Shown here: positions 29,464-39,446 of the stretch, in pieces | How the letters are laid out: each line of letters opens with the position of its first letter | Numbering within the stretch: position 1 is the stretch's first letter | From: a virus | Lineage: Duplodnaviria > Caudoviricetes | Length of the DNA: 64,000 nucleotides | Virus record (IMG/VR): IMGVR_UViG_2724679514_000002 | Span: 5,998-69,997 of that record | Reading direction: 5' to 3' (one strand) | Translations under genes and position numbers: made by a program | The notes under the pieces: model-generated | What the model was told of the DNA's origin: nothing | Databases searched by the model: none | The model's input: only the letters and a program-made list of their open reading frames with translations

Positions 29464-29863
29464 TCGAAATTACCTCTGTGACTCGAATTCGCCTAGTCTC
29501 GATTGCTTTTATTAAAAGTTGTTCTGGTTGAAAACCGCCTAGTGCAATGACCTCTGCTTCTTTCCATTCACCATTCAATTTTGTCTGAAATTGTATTTTT
29601 GCAGGATCGCCCGCCTTAATTCCATTTTGTGGATCCGAATCTATATAGTTTGCAAAAAGAAAAACCGCGTTTACTGCTTTGTAACGAGTAAGATCAACTT
29701 GAATTGGAGTAATTTGTGTATCTCTTAATTGATTTTCTATATCAAAGAAATCGCCAAAACTCCCCGCCTCAAAATCATATTCTACTGATTTTGTCGGAAA
29801 AGGAGTGAGTCCCCCATTTTCACTTACAAGTGCAATGTCAATTTTTACTCGTAAACGATTCAT
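29456..29863 (-). CDS. hypothetical virion protein
   Basis: Coupled within head operon. Confidence 0.65.
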   Translation of the reverse strand: MNRLRVKIDIALVSENGGLTPFPTKSVEYDFEAGSFGDFFDIENQLRDTQITPIQVDLTRYKAVNAVFLFANYIDSDPQNGIKAGDPAKIQFQTKLNGEWKEAEVIALGGFQPEQLLIKAIETRRIRVTEVISSE

Positions 29864-30174
29864 TTGAAAACAGGGATGAAATACCCGGAGACTTCCGAGA
29901 TTCCTTTTAAGGTTGCTTTATCAACAAAAAGAGGTACAGTAAATTGTTCGTTACCGTTACCGTTTCTTTTGTATTCTTGAATATTATCTATAGCCGAGTT
30001 ATTCAGAAATTCGATAGTCCAAGGACCAGACGCTCTTACATTTAAAATTGCAAAAATACGTTCAGGATGAGTGAGGACAATTTCCTCTAATCCATCTACT
30101 AAAATCGATGGTGTTGTAAAATGATTATTGATTCTCGAAAGCTCTAGATCTTGAGCGGTGAAGGTTTTACGCAC
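29860..30174 (-). CDS. hypothetical virion protein
   Basis: Coupled within head operon. Confidence 0.65.
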   Translation of the reverse strand: MRKTFTAQDLELSRINNHFTTPSILVDGLEEIVLTHPERIFAILNVRASGPWTIEFLNNSAIDNIQEYKRNGNGNEQFTVPLFVDKATLKGISEVSGYFIPVFK

Positions 30175-30964
30175 TTTTACCCACCCATAGATTAATTGTA
30201 TGTGTTGTTAAAAACGGAGTGGATCCGAAGACGTTATCAAGAGTCAGGACGTTCCCGTTGATGGACACAACCCCATCCCATGCGACTTGAACACCTGGTG
30301 CATTTGTTAGAACAACCCGAATATCCTGTAAGATCGGTTGAAAATCAAAAGCAAATCTCATCTTACCAAGAGCAACTTCTACTGCTGTTGGGTTTCTTTT
30401 TACAAATCCAGACTGGACAGTCCCAGGTTTTCGACCAACAATAGAATTTGGTGAGGCCCATTGATTGTTTGTGCCAACCATCGTAGATCCAAAAGACGTC
30501 AGGGATTCAAAATCTTTGTTGATAGTAAGCATTTCGTTATTTGACATTTTTAATGCCAAAACTTCTGATCGACTTTGAGTATTGATAGCACCCGCAATCG
30601 CAGTAGAAACTCTTTCTGGCGTATCATCAGAATGCGTTGATATTGCGATTCTTCCTTCAGGGACTCCTAACTGTGCTCTATCAAATTGATAGGTAAGTGC
30701 TCCAATAGAAATTGTTTCTCCATCAGAAACGTTTGAGGCCAATCGGAGAATATTTATAGCAAGGCAACCTGGATCATTTAAAACATCAACCCAACGCAAC
30801 CCATCCCAAAAAACAATTCTTCCTGTATCAGATTCCCTTACAAAAAAAGGATCACTTCCTGATGTTATTGTTAGTCCAAGTCTTTCTGCGGAAGCAAGAA
30901 GAACTTCTGATTTTAAAATAGAACTCTGATTGAATTGGATTCTTTGGTTAATGTCCGGATTCAT
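30167..30964 (-). CDS. putative head decoration/fibre protein (start revised to ATG 30964)
   Basis: GGAG SD and late motif upstream; ESDTGRIVFWDG and DGETISIG...YQFD patterns. Confidence 0.6.
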   Translation of the reverse strand: MNPDINQRIQFNQSSILKSEVLLASAERLGLTITSGSDPFFVRESDTGRIVFWDGLRWVDVLNDPGCLAINILRLASNVSDGETISIGALTYQFDRAQLGVPEGRIAISTHSDDTPERVSTAIAGAINTQSRSEVLALKMSNNEMLTINKDFESLTSFGSTMVGTNNQWASPNSIVGRKPGTVQSGFVKRNPTAVEVALGKMRFAFDFQPILQDIRVVLTNAPGVQVAWDGVVSINGNVLTLDNVFGSTPFLTTHTINLWVGKSA

Positions 30965-30988
30965 TAATCTCTCCGTTAGCTGATGACA

Positions 30989-31018
30989 GACAAGAGAAAT
31001 CCTTTTAAAGAATTGCAA
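30989..31018 (-). promoter_or_regulatory. putative late promoter TTGCAA-N19-TTGTC (head operon)
   Basis: Shared motif. Confidence 0.7.
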
Positions 31019-31033
31019 CAAAAAAAATAATGA

Positions 31034-31063
31034 TTGTCAAAAAAATATAAAGAAGCTTTTGTC
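31034..31063 (+). promoter_or_regulatory. putative late promoter TTGTCA-N19-TTGTC (7 nt to ATG)
   Basis: Shared motif, back-to-back with the previous copy. Confidence 0.7.
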
Positions 31064-31070
31064 CTAGAAC

Positions 31071-31433
31071 ATGCAAGACCAACCCAACATTTCACAATCA
31101 GAATTCATAATGTTACATGCCGCTATTGACCGTATATTAGCCCTTCATGCCGAAGGAAAGATTGCTGTGTATCCATCGCAAATAAAAAAATTGAAAGACA
31201 TTCGTCAAAAACCTACCTATTTAACTCATGCACAACGAAAATTAACTCTATCTATAATAGATTCAATATTCATAAACCATAGAAATTTATACGATATAAT
31301 GACCCCTAAACAAAAGAAAATGAAAGCGCCTAAACCTGAATTAAACGCTCTCTACAATCGTATTAGAATTATTCACTCAGAGATTCTCGATAGTTTGAAG
31401 CAACCAATATCTTTGCCGACTCAATCAGTTTAA
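31071..31433 (+). CDS. hypothetical protein
   Basis: 120-aa ORF directly behind a late motif. Confidence 0.65.
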   Translation: MQDQPNISQSEFIMLHAAIDRILALHAEGKIAVYPSQIKKLKDIRQKPTYLTHAQRKLTLSIIDSIFINHRNLYDIMTPKQKKMKAPKPELNALYNRIRIIHSEILDSLKQPISLPTQSV

Positions 31434-31806
31434 CCGGATCCTTTCCGAAACTTAAAAGTTGAGCCAAAATAAGATTACCTGTCCAGTAGAAATATCCTAT
31501 AACCCCTACATAAGTGCCCATCGAATAAATATCAATCTTTGGAGGGACTTTTGAAACATGAACAATTGTAAAACCTGCAAAAGATTGAACGAATTTCGAA
31601 AGTTTTTGAAATCCAAATTTAAAAAACGTTAATACGATTTTTCTATGTATAGGATTCATATTTTCATCATGAAACTTTTTAGAAAATTCCAAAAGTTTTA
31701 ATGATTCCTTGTTTAAAATTTCACGAACTCGCTTCTTTTCAAAACGCCTTGAAAAGGCTCTGTTAGCTCTTCCCATTTTTTCTTTACTTTTTGTCTTAAC
31801 GACCAA
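31369..31806 (-). CDS. hypothetical basic protein with hydrophobic C-terminal segment
   Basis: AGGGGG SD before TTG; 145 aa. Confidence 0.55.
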   Translation of the reverse strand: MVVKTKSKEKMGRANRAFSRRFEKKRVREILNKESLKLLEFSKKFHDENMNPIHRKIVLTFFKFGFQKLSKFVQSFAGFTIVHVSKVPPKIDIYSMGTYVGVIGYFYWTGNLILAQLLSFGKDPVKLIESAKILVASNYRESLSE

Positions 31807-31824
31807 AAAGCAATCCCCCTTTTT

Positions 31825-32775
31825 TTATAAAATTGCTAAACGTTTTGGTTTATACCTCTCTATAATTCCCGGACCAATAACTTTTAATCTATTATAGAGT
31901 TCTAATTGTCTTGCACCGAACAGCGAAGACGTTGCTGACTGTGTAGTGGAAATTGATTCGTGTAATGGTCCTACGCCCACTGAATATGATGCAATTGCAC
32001 CCGCTTTAGATTCGCCATGTGCAGACATAACCCTTAAACATGCCAACATCCCAATGACTTCACACAATTCCGCCGGTACCCTAGCTGCAGAATCGTAACC
32101 AGAAATAAAATCGACATAATGAACTGTTGGAACTCTTGTTTGAGGGAGTCCGGCAAATATTCTTTGTGATCTTATAGCAGCATTTGGATTAGAATTGAAA
32201 CCATTCCCAAGCATTCCGACAGATCTCAAAATACCAGACTCGTAAGTAATTCTTGCTTTGCTTAAAAGATCAATAGACATTCCATCTGGAATATTGTCTG
32301 AGTTGCGTGAAACAGGATTCACAAATTCCCAACGTAAAACTCTATTTAATGGCGCCTTTCCTAACGATACAAAAAAATTGTTCCCAATATCATCATTTTT
32401 GTAATCAATTGGATCAAACCATTTGGCATGATTTTCTATAAATCGAGGCAAGTTCCCCTTGGGTCTATGTCGATAAACTTGTGGGTATATATCATGTTCC
32501 AGTTCGTTTGATAAAGCCAAGGTGATCCGATGTATCAAACCTTGGAGATTTTCATTAGTGATATAAGATCCGTCTGTTGACATTAACCTGGAATTACCAA
32601 TCATCCACGAATACCTCACTTCGTCTGGAGTTACGACCGCACCCCATCCGCCTTGTGCAGGCAAACCAGGTATTAACGTCCCAACCTCTTTTCCAGCAAA
32701 ACACCTTTCTAGAAGATTGCGATTTGCATCAACATCTGGGTTATCAAAAAGAAAACCTTTCCAGTTATTTGCCAT
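31825..32775 (-). CDS. putative head-tail connector/neck protein
   Basis: VDFISGYD...VPAELCEVIGMLA...IASYSVGVGPLHESISTTQSATSSLFGAR. Confidence 0.65.
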   Translation of the reverse strand: MANNWKGFLFDNPDVDANRNLLERCFAGKEVGTLIPGLPAQGGWGAVVTPDEVRYSWMIGNSRLMSTDGSYITNENLQGLIHRITLALSNELEHDIYPQVYRHRPKGNLPRFIENHAKWFDPIDYKNDDIGNNFFVSLGKAPLNRVLRWEFVNPVSRNSDNIPDGMSIDLLSKARITYESGILRSVGMLGNGFNSNPNAAIRSQRIFAGLPQTRVPTVHYVDFISGYDSAARVPAELCEVIGMLACLRVMSAHGESKAGAIASYSVGVGPLHESISTTQSATSSLFGARQLELYNRLKVIGPGIIERYKPKRLAIL

Positions 32776-32783
32776 GAGTACGG

Positions 32784-32813
32784 GACAAATCTATTTATAA
32801 ATTTTTTAGTCAA
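32784..32813 (-). promoter_or_regulatory. putative late promoter TTGACT-N19-TTGTC (8 nt to ATG)
   Basis: Shared motif. Confidence 0.7.
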
Positions 32814-32826
32814 GTGTATATTTCTG

Positions 32827-35800
32827 TCATGCAGATTTCAAAAATCGTTTTAATATAAACCTGTTTTTAATCTCTATATCCAAACCAAAAGATTTTCTAA
32901 ACTCATTGATTCCAGCTACAGACAAAAGATCACTTACATGTTTTTTAACAATCATGTCTATGGTTTCATTTGCTTTGTTCTTTTCTCTCTCTTCGAGTTC
33001 TTTTGTGAATTTGGATATATACTCTTCTTTCTTACTCCCTAGAATTTCATGGACCTTTTCTGATAATTTATCAGAATCGCTTAGAAGTTTGTTTGCTTCT
33101 GCTTCAGCTTTATCCAAATCACTTAGTCCTTTTCTTTCTAGATTTTCTTCGTTTCTTTTTAATTTCGCTTTTTTGAGTGATAATCGTGTATTCAAATCCT
33201 GGATTGTCTTCTTTTGATAATTAATAGCAAGTTCAGAACGCGGTCCATAGCTTTCATAGCGTCCGGCCTCTTTGAGTTTGTTAAACTCTTCTACATTTTC
33301 TTTTAGTTCTTTTTTTTCTTTATTTAGCCAGTCCTCTTCGTTATTAATTACCTTTCTTAGTTCTTTAATTTCATCGACAATACCTTGTAGCGAAAATGAT
33401 CGGCCTTGAAGATCCTTAGCCTCTTGCCTCACCTTTGCAGCTTCTTCGTTAACCACAAATGCCGCTTTTCGTTTAGGATCTCTAATGATTTCTGTTTTTA
33501 ATTCTTCTGGATTTATATCTGAGACATCTATTGCAGCTGATCCACTTTTCTCAAAAATCTGATTGATACGCGAAATCTTTTCAGATTGTTTTTGATAAAG
33601 TTTTGAATCAATGGAATCTTCCATTAAAATATCGATCCATTGAACATCTTTTTGTAAATTTCCAGGCCTATGGTGCCTTCCTCTTTTCTGCACTTCTGTT
33701 GTCGGATTCCAATCGATGGAAGCATTATACGCCGCAATCGTATTATTATTCAAAGATACGCCTTCTTTTATAACGTCTGATCCAATAAGAATTTTACAAG
33801 GATGTTTGCTGGAATTAAATTGATCAGATATTTCTGTAAACCTAGACAAACCTTGTTTTGCTAGTTCTGGATCTTTTGCCTTTTTAATTTTAGTGTCCGA
33901 TGTTAAAATTCCGATCGCATCCTCTGGAATCCCATGTTTTTCCATTAGATATTGTTTAATTTTCGAAATGTATTCAACACCTTTTGGCATAAACATTAGT
34001 TGGCCTGGAATTCTTTCTCCGGGCTTAGATTTTTTATATTGATTGTAAAATTCCGCAAGGGAATCCGCGATGAATTGTAGTTTCGGTGATCTTTCTACAA
34101 TATTCTTATCGCCTTCAGGATTAATTTCCCCTATGTAATTCCAAACATCGCCTTCGCCTTTTTTGACTAATGCGGGAGAAATATTCATCATTTGTTGAGT
34201 TAGAATAGAAACTAAAGGTGCGCCTCCAAGTGCAATTCCGGAGGCGGATTTCAGATCATACATTGACTCAAGTTGATTGCGTATCATTTCTTGTTCTTTT
34301 GTTAAGGGGAGGGTGATTGCTTTCATTTTTAAATTGGGTCGCTCCACTCCGTTTTTATCTCCTGACTGAAAATCAAAATACTCAGAAATCAAATTTTGCA
34401 ACGCTGGTGCATTTTTAAAAGAACGGACAACTTGCTTATTCACTACCTGTCCGTTCCCTTCTATCACGTTTTCATATCGAGTTTCTACGAAAGTTCCTAA
34501 AAAATCTCGAATATTCGTTATGCCCATTTTTTCCATTCTTTTTTTTGCAACGATCGAAAGAAGCGAGTATATCTGTAGAGGATTGTTAGTAAATGGTGTA
34601 GCACTTAGTAATAAAACGTTTCGATCGTTATTTTTTTCAAGGATATGCCTTGCGGCTAACCATAGTTTAATTCCTCGAGCGGAGGGCGTGCCTCCTGTTA
34701 TTCCATCAAACTCATTGGCTCCAGTATCATCTCCTCGGCTCTTCAATTTATTTTCAGTCCTACCTTTAGTCGATGCGACATCCACAAAAATGTTATTAAA
34801 ATTGTGCGCTTCGTCGATGGTGATATGGTCAAATCCAATCTTATCAAAAAATAAATCTGATCGGGTACCCTTAACGGCTTCCGAAACTATTGAATTAGAT
34901 TTTTCATCCATTTGAGCTTTTTCTCTTTTATTTTCTTTTGCAATATCTGGATTGTATATTTGATCTCGCACTTCGTTTGTAAGTTCTTCGTATCTTTCGT
35001 TGCTAAATCCAAATTGGGTGAATGCGTCATAGGACATGATTGTAACAACTCCTTCTTCCACCTGGAAACCATTCTCAGACTTGTTTAAATTATTCAATTC
35101 TGGAGATCCTACCATCTGAATCGGCACGTTCGGAAATCGTTCTTTAAATTCTAGGGCCCAGTTTTGCAATACAGAAGTCGGAACAATAATCAAAGGCTTT
35201 TTACACTTACCTGATTGCATCGCTGAAACGTTTGATGCCATACCTGTCCATGTTTTACCTAGACCAACCTCGTGAGTTGCACACCCAACCCCCTGCGCCA
35301 TATATCTAGATATGAAGTTTGTTTGCGTTGGTCTAAGATCTTGCCTGTTCCCTTTATAAAATTTAGACATCCCCTCTAATACAACTGGTATATTTGATCC
35401 ATCTAAATTAACTACGGAGTTAAATTGCTCATTCCATTTTTTTGTTAAATCCTCACGTTCTTCAGTACTTAATGATTCCTGAATGAACTGTTGAAAAAGT
35501 TTATTCCCAATCTCTTTCCTCTCCTTCTTTTTTAATTTATTTGTTTCTATTTTTGTAGATTCACCCGTAGCCCTATCATAAACCACATCGTTTCTTCCTG
35601 TTACCTTTTCACCGCTTAGGTATGCAAGAATATCTGATTTTGTAATTGTATAATTCATAAAATATTCATTTGGAAGACCACCTTCATAATCCATTATTTT
35701 TCCTATATTTTTCCCGTAGCGCCCTAAAACCGGTTCCCCCAAAATAAATTTTTTGAATTTTTCGATTAAGCTAGTATTATCTTCGAATATAAACCCTTTT

Positions 35801-38013
35801 GCAAATGGTTCGATTGGTGTTAGAATAATATTTTCAAGTTTTACTTTTTCTGGTAATGCTGATTCTAATAGTTTTTTTTGTTTCGTATATTCCTCTGAAC
35901 TTAGAATATCCTTTTCTATTTCTAGTGTTCTAAGTTTTTCAGTTAAATCCCCGGACGCATAAATAAAATCTGGATATATTTCGTTATTCATTTTTGACAT
36001 TTTATTAATGTCAAAAACTTGAGAGTCAGGGAGAGAACCTGTTGGCAGTATGTTACGAACCATGTCTAAATCAACTTGGTCGTATTTTTTACCATATTTC
36101 TGTATAAATTCGTCTTGTGTGTATAAATCTTTGGGATCAATCTTCTTATCTTCGCCTATCGTGTTTCGAACCGCATTAGATATTTTTTCTTTAGTCTCTC
36201 TTTTTTTATTTACCTTCTTTGCCTCCGATACGGATTTTAAAACTTGTTTACCTTTTGCATTCGTATTTCCTATTAAACCTTCAGAAATTGCCGCTTTTTG
36301 TTCTTCACTCATTTCAGTTTGAAGCGGCAATTTGAAATTTAAGAAATCAGTAATATCTCCTTTAACATAGTCCTCTTCTTTTCCGAATCGGTTTTTTCTT
36401 TTTTCGATCGAACCAAAAACATGTTCAGGTTTTTTTTCAAAGTATTTTCCGGAGAAAGCCAGTGAGTTATCTTTAGAGTTAGTTGTATTTTTTCTTAAAA
36501 CAATTATATCAGTTCCGACCTGAGTATTGCCGAAGGAACCTTCAGGTAAACGATATGCTTCTAACAATTCTGCTTTTTCAAATATTTGATTTTTCCATTT
36601 TTCGTTATTTGCATTTAAAAATGATTGTGGTACTATAAAAGTAAGAATACCTCCTTCTTCCAAAACATCGATCCCTCGATTTATAAAATAATGCTCATAT
36701 CTTTTCCACCCTTTGCCTTCGATGGCTTTATATTTTCCCTCCATTGCTCCGTATGGTGGGTTACCGGCTACAAATTGAAATTTTTTTCCGGTATAATTAT
36801 CCCCAACAGATTTATTTTTATCATTAACAAATAGTGTCTCAAATGCTTTGTCCGATATATTCGCAGTTGGATTTAAGATTTTTGCGATTAAAAAAGCTGT
36901 ATTGTCATCTGGGTTATACTCCATCATATCCCAGTTGTAATTTTTTCCTTTACCTTCTGCAAACCTTCCTATTCCAGCAGAAGGTTCTATCCCACTATCC
37001 CCATCTTTTATGTATCGGGAGAGAATATCTTGCATCTTCTTGACTATATGACGTGGCGTAAGAAATTGATAGAGCATACCTCTGTTTGCATCTACTTCCT
37101 TGTTCGTAGTTTGTCCTCCAGAGCCTTCATATAACCTTAATATATCTTTTTGTTCAGGTGTAATTTGATCATGAGGGATTGTTGATAAGATTTTTTTACA
37201 TTCTAAATTTATTTCATTTTGTTTTTTATTGCTCCAAAGTTCTCGAAAAGTTTTTAGTCCATCAGAAACCTTAAGAGCGACGGACTCCTCCGTCGTCAGT
37301 CGCTCGTTGCCCGAAAGTCCTGAAAAAGATCTACCTCCAGATTTCCGGCTAGCGAGAGAAGATTTTCTAGAGTTGGTTCCAGATTGTCCACTTTGGCCAT
37401 TTTGAGGAGACTCTGAAACACCCAATTTGGATCTCTTGTCAGTAAGGTTTGATAACCCGACTCCTTGATTCTGTTCATTAATTCTGCTTGTATTTCCATT
37501 TGGCTTCTGTTCTCCATATAGATCGTAAAGTAACTTGAATATTGATTTTTTATATGATGACTTTTCGATATTTTGATTCGTATTGTTTGTAGTAAAATTA
37601 GTAATTTGATTCGAATCGGGTTTATTGCCTATTATCTTTGAATTCGTTTTTTTTGCATTCTTTTCCTGGTGGAATTTTGCATCAATTTGGGATTTTATTT
37701 CAAAATATTTTATAAAATGTCTTTTCCACTCTAGAAGCGAAACGCCTTTTGATTTTATTTTATTCGATTCGTATTCGCGCTTTGGAATTGTCTTTGCAAC
37801 ATTCTTATCTGTTCCAAAAAAATTCGTTATCGCTTCTAGAATTGTAGCGAATCTTTTTTTATCCTCATCGTGTTTTTGAATCAATTTCCATTGTTTTGAT
37901 TTTTCACCGGAATCAGAAATTTTTCGATAAATTCCATCTTTACGAATAGATTCCCTTCCAACTTCAAACTTACGCGCTTTTAAAAAACTTTGAATTATCT
38001 CATACTGATTCAT
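32827..38013 (-). CDS. DarB-like N6-adenine methyltransferase plus SNF2/SF2 helicase fusion
   Basis: IEPSAGIGRF and GNPPYG (MTase); HEVGLGKT, IDEAH, LLSATP, QKRGRHHRPG (helicase); 1728 aa in head region. Confidence 0.85.
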   Translation of the reverse strand: MNQYEIIQSFLKARKFEVGRESIRKDGIYRKISDSGEKSKQWKLIQKHDEDKKRFATILEAITNFFGTDKNVAKTIPKREYESNKIKSKGVSLLEWKRHFIKYFEIKSQIDAKFHQEKNAKKTNSKIIGNKPDSNQITNFTTNNTNQNIEKSSYKKSIFKLLYDLYGEQKPNGNTSRINEQNQGVGLSNLTDKRSKLGVSESPQNGQSGQSGTNSRKSSLASRKSGGRSFSGLSGNERLTTEESVALKVSDGLKTFRELWSNKKQNEINLECKKILSTIPHDQITPEQKDILRLYEGSGGQTTNKEVDANRGMLYQFLTPRHIVKKMQDILSRYIKDGDSGIEPSAGIGRFAEGKGKNYNWDMMEYNPDDNTAFLIAKILNPTANISDKAFETLFVNDKNKSVGDNYTGKKFQFVAGNPPYGAMEGKYKAIEGKGWKRYEHYFINRGIDVLEEGGILTFIVPQSFLNANNEKWKNQIFEKAELLEAYRLPEGSFGNTQVGTDIIVLRKNTTNSKDNSLAFSGKYFEKKPEHVFGSIEKRKNRFGKEEDYVKGDITDFLNFKLPLQTEMSEEQKAAISEGLIGNTNAKGKQVLKSVSEAKKVNKKRETKEKISNAVRNTIGEDKKIDPKDLYTQDEFIQKYGKKYDQVDLDMVRNILPTGSLPDSQVFDINKMSKMNNEIYPDFIYASGDLTEKLRTLEIEKDILSSEEYTKQKKLLESALPEKVKLENIILTPIEPFAKGFIFEDNTSLIEKFKKFILGEPVLGRYGKNIGKIMDYEGGLPNEYFMNYTITKSDILAYLSGEKVTGRNDVVYDRATGESTKIETNKLKKKERKEIGNKLFQQFIQESLSTEEREDLTKKWNEQFNSVVNLDGSNIPVVLEGMSKFYKGNRQDLRPTQTNFISRYMAQGVGCATHEVGLGKTWTGMASNVSAMQSGKCKKPLIIVPTSVLQNWALEFKERFPNVPIQMVGSPELNNLNKSENGFQVEEGVVTIMSYDAFTQFGFSNERYEELTNEVRDQIYNPDIAKENKREKAQMDEKSNSIVSEAVKGTRSDLFFDKIGFDHITIDEAHNFNNIFVDVASTKGRTENKLKSRGDDTGANEFDGITGGTPSARGIKLWLAARHILEKNNDRNVLLLSATPFTNNPLQIYSLLSIVAKKRMEKMGITNIRDFLGTFVETRYENVIEGNGQVVNKQVVRSFKNAPALQNLISEYFDFQSGDKNGVERPNLKMKAITLPLTKEQEMIRNQLESMYDLKSASGIALGGAPLVSILTQQMMNISPALVKKGEGDVWNYIGEINPEGDKNIVERSPKLQFIADSLAEFYNQYKKSKPGERIPGQLMFMPKGVEYISKIKQYLMEKHGIPEDAIGILTSDTKIKKAKDPELAKQGLSRFTEISDQFNSSKHPCKILIGSDVIKEGVSLNNNTIAAYNASIDWNPTTEVQKRGRHHRPGNLQKDVQWIDILMEDSIDSKLYQKQSEKISRINQIFEKSGSAAIDVSDINPEELKTEIIRDPKRKAAFVVNEEAAKVRQEAKDLQGRSFSLQGIVDEIKELRKVINNEEDWLNKEKKELKENVEEFNKLKEAGRYESYGPRSELAINYQKKTIQDLNTRLSLKKAKLKRNEENLERKGLSDLDKAEAEANKLLSDSDKLSEKVHEILGSKKEEYISKFTKELEEREKNKANETIDMIVKKHVSDLLSVAGINEFRKSFGLDIEIKNRFILKRFLKSA

Positions 38014-38019
38014 ATGACC

Positions 38020-38049
38020 GACAAATTATAGATTGTTTTTGCTTTGCAA
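38020..38049 (-). promoter_or_regulatory. putative late promoter TTGCAA-N19-TTGTC (6 nt to ATG)
   Basis: Shared motif. Confidence 0.7.
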
Positions 38050-38058
38050 TAAGAATTT

Positions 38059-39204
38059 TTAATGCGAAATCCCAGAGATAATTTCTGATAGATCTAGTTC
38101 AGTTTGATCTAATCTCGCAACCCATTCCCTTGGCTGTATTCTATCGGCCAAAGCTGAAAGTTTAGTTGATGGCAAGATTTTAAATTTTGGATTATATCCA
38201 TAAACTATGGATACTTGATCTGGTAAGATATTTTCATTCAATTTTAAATATCTAAATTTCTCTATTGAGTAGTTAGAATACTCTCTTTCTTGAGAGTGTA
38301 TTGAGTATATTTCTCTTACGGGTGTATATTTGATAGGATACAACCCGTCTTTATTTCTTTTGCAAATTTCTTTTTCTGTTAACAGCGAATTCAATAAAAC
38401 AATCAAATCGTCTTTAGCAAAATTTGTTGTTGAGCCTACTACAACATCTAAATCACCAATTTGCAAATCGATGCCCGTTTTTCCTAACCTCCTATCCTTT
38501 GCCTCTATCATACGATACCCAATCTTAATCGGCGAAAATGAGTCCAAAGTGATTTTGTAAACTGTTTCAGCGGGAGACACGTCTTTTATATATAAATTTA
38601 CAAAATCGTTTCTGGAATCTGTAATTCGAGAGAATACCGTTTCAGTTGGCCTTTTCCGCCAGATTTCTTTTACGTTAATTACTAATTTATTGGGAAATAA
38701 TTCGAAATTTATTATATTACCATCAATCTTCTGAACCACGGTGATGCTTTCATCTTCATCAATGACAAAAATTTCGTAATCACATCTAACTAACATATAA
38801 GATTCGAAACCTGCATTTGGTAATATTCTGATTCGATTGTCCTTGAACTCTTCAAATTTTAATTCAATGTTACCACCATCTTCTTCTGCACGAACGACAT
38901 ACAACCTACGTATATTTTTAATTGGTCCATAACGAGTATATAAATCATTCCCATCAAATTGCTGATTCTGAAGATCCTCTAAAGGTACTCTAAATGATTT
39001 ATCAATCCGATAAATCATACCTTCTTTGCCTGGTAGTGCCATTAATTGCTGACTATTTTTATCAGGATTTGGAAAAGATCGTAACCAAATTACGGGTTCG
39101 CCTTGCCTTTGTATTAAATCGTCAGGAGGATTAGGATTGAAGGTAGAAGGGCCGATCTCTACCTTAAAAGTATTTCCGCCGGTTTTGAGAAATTCACGAG
39201 CCAT
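38059..39204 (-). CDS. putative neck/head-completion protein
   Basis: DDLIQRQGEPVIWLRS pattern; head-region synteny. Confidence 0.5.
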   Translation of the reverse strand: MAREFLKTGGNTFKVEIGPSTFNPNPPDDLIQRQGEPVIWLRSFPNPDKNSQQLMALPGKEGMIYRIDKSFRVPLEDLQNQQFDGNDLYTRYGPIKNIRRLYVVRAEEDGGNIELKFEEFKDNRIRILPNAGFESYMLVRCDYEIFVIDEDESITVVQKIDGNIINFELFPNKLVINVKEIWRKRPTETVFSRITDSRNDFVNLYIKDVSPAETVYKITLDSFSPIKIGYRMIEAKDRRLGKTGIDLQIGDLDVVVGSTTNFAKDDLIVLLNSLLTEKEICKRNKDGLYPIKYTPVREIYSIHSQEREYSNYSIEKFRYLKLNENILPDQVSIVYGYNPKFKILPSTKLSALADRIQPREWVARLDQTELDLSEIISGISH

Positions 39205-39427
39205 GTTTGTAAAATGGTCCTGCTAATTGATATTCTTGATTTTCGGCATAATTTTTTACTTCGTAATAATTTTGGGATTCGTAAATTAGGAGTGAGTCAG
39301 AGCATCTCCTAAGAGCATAATACTGCTCATCAAAACTAAGCTCTAAATTAAGAATACGAGTTATAACCATTTTTTTTATCGCAAATTCGATATAGTAAAG
39401 ATTTGTTAATTCCATTTCTCCCTTCAA
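39194..39427 (-). CDS. hypothetical protein
   Basis: Small coupled ORF; GGGAG SD suggests ATG 39415. Confidence 0.55.
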   Translation of the reverse strand: MKGEMELTNLYYIEFAIKKMVITRILNLELSFDEQYYALRRCSDSLLIYESQNYYEVKNYAENQEYQLAGPFYKHGS

Positions 39428-39446
39428 TTTTTTTTAGTTAAACACA

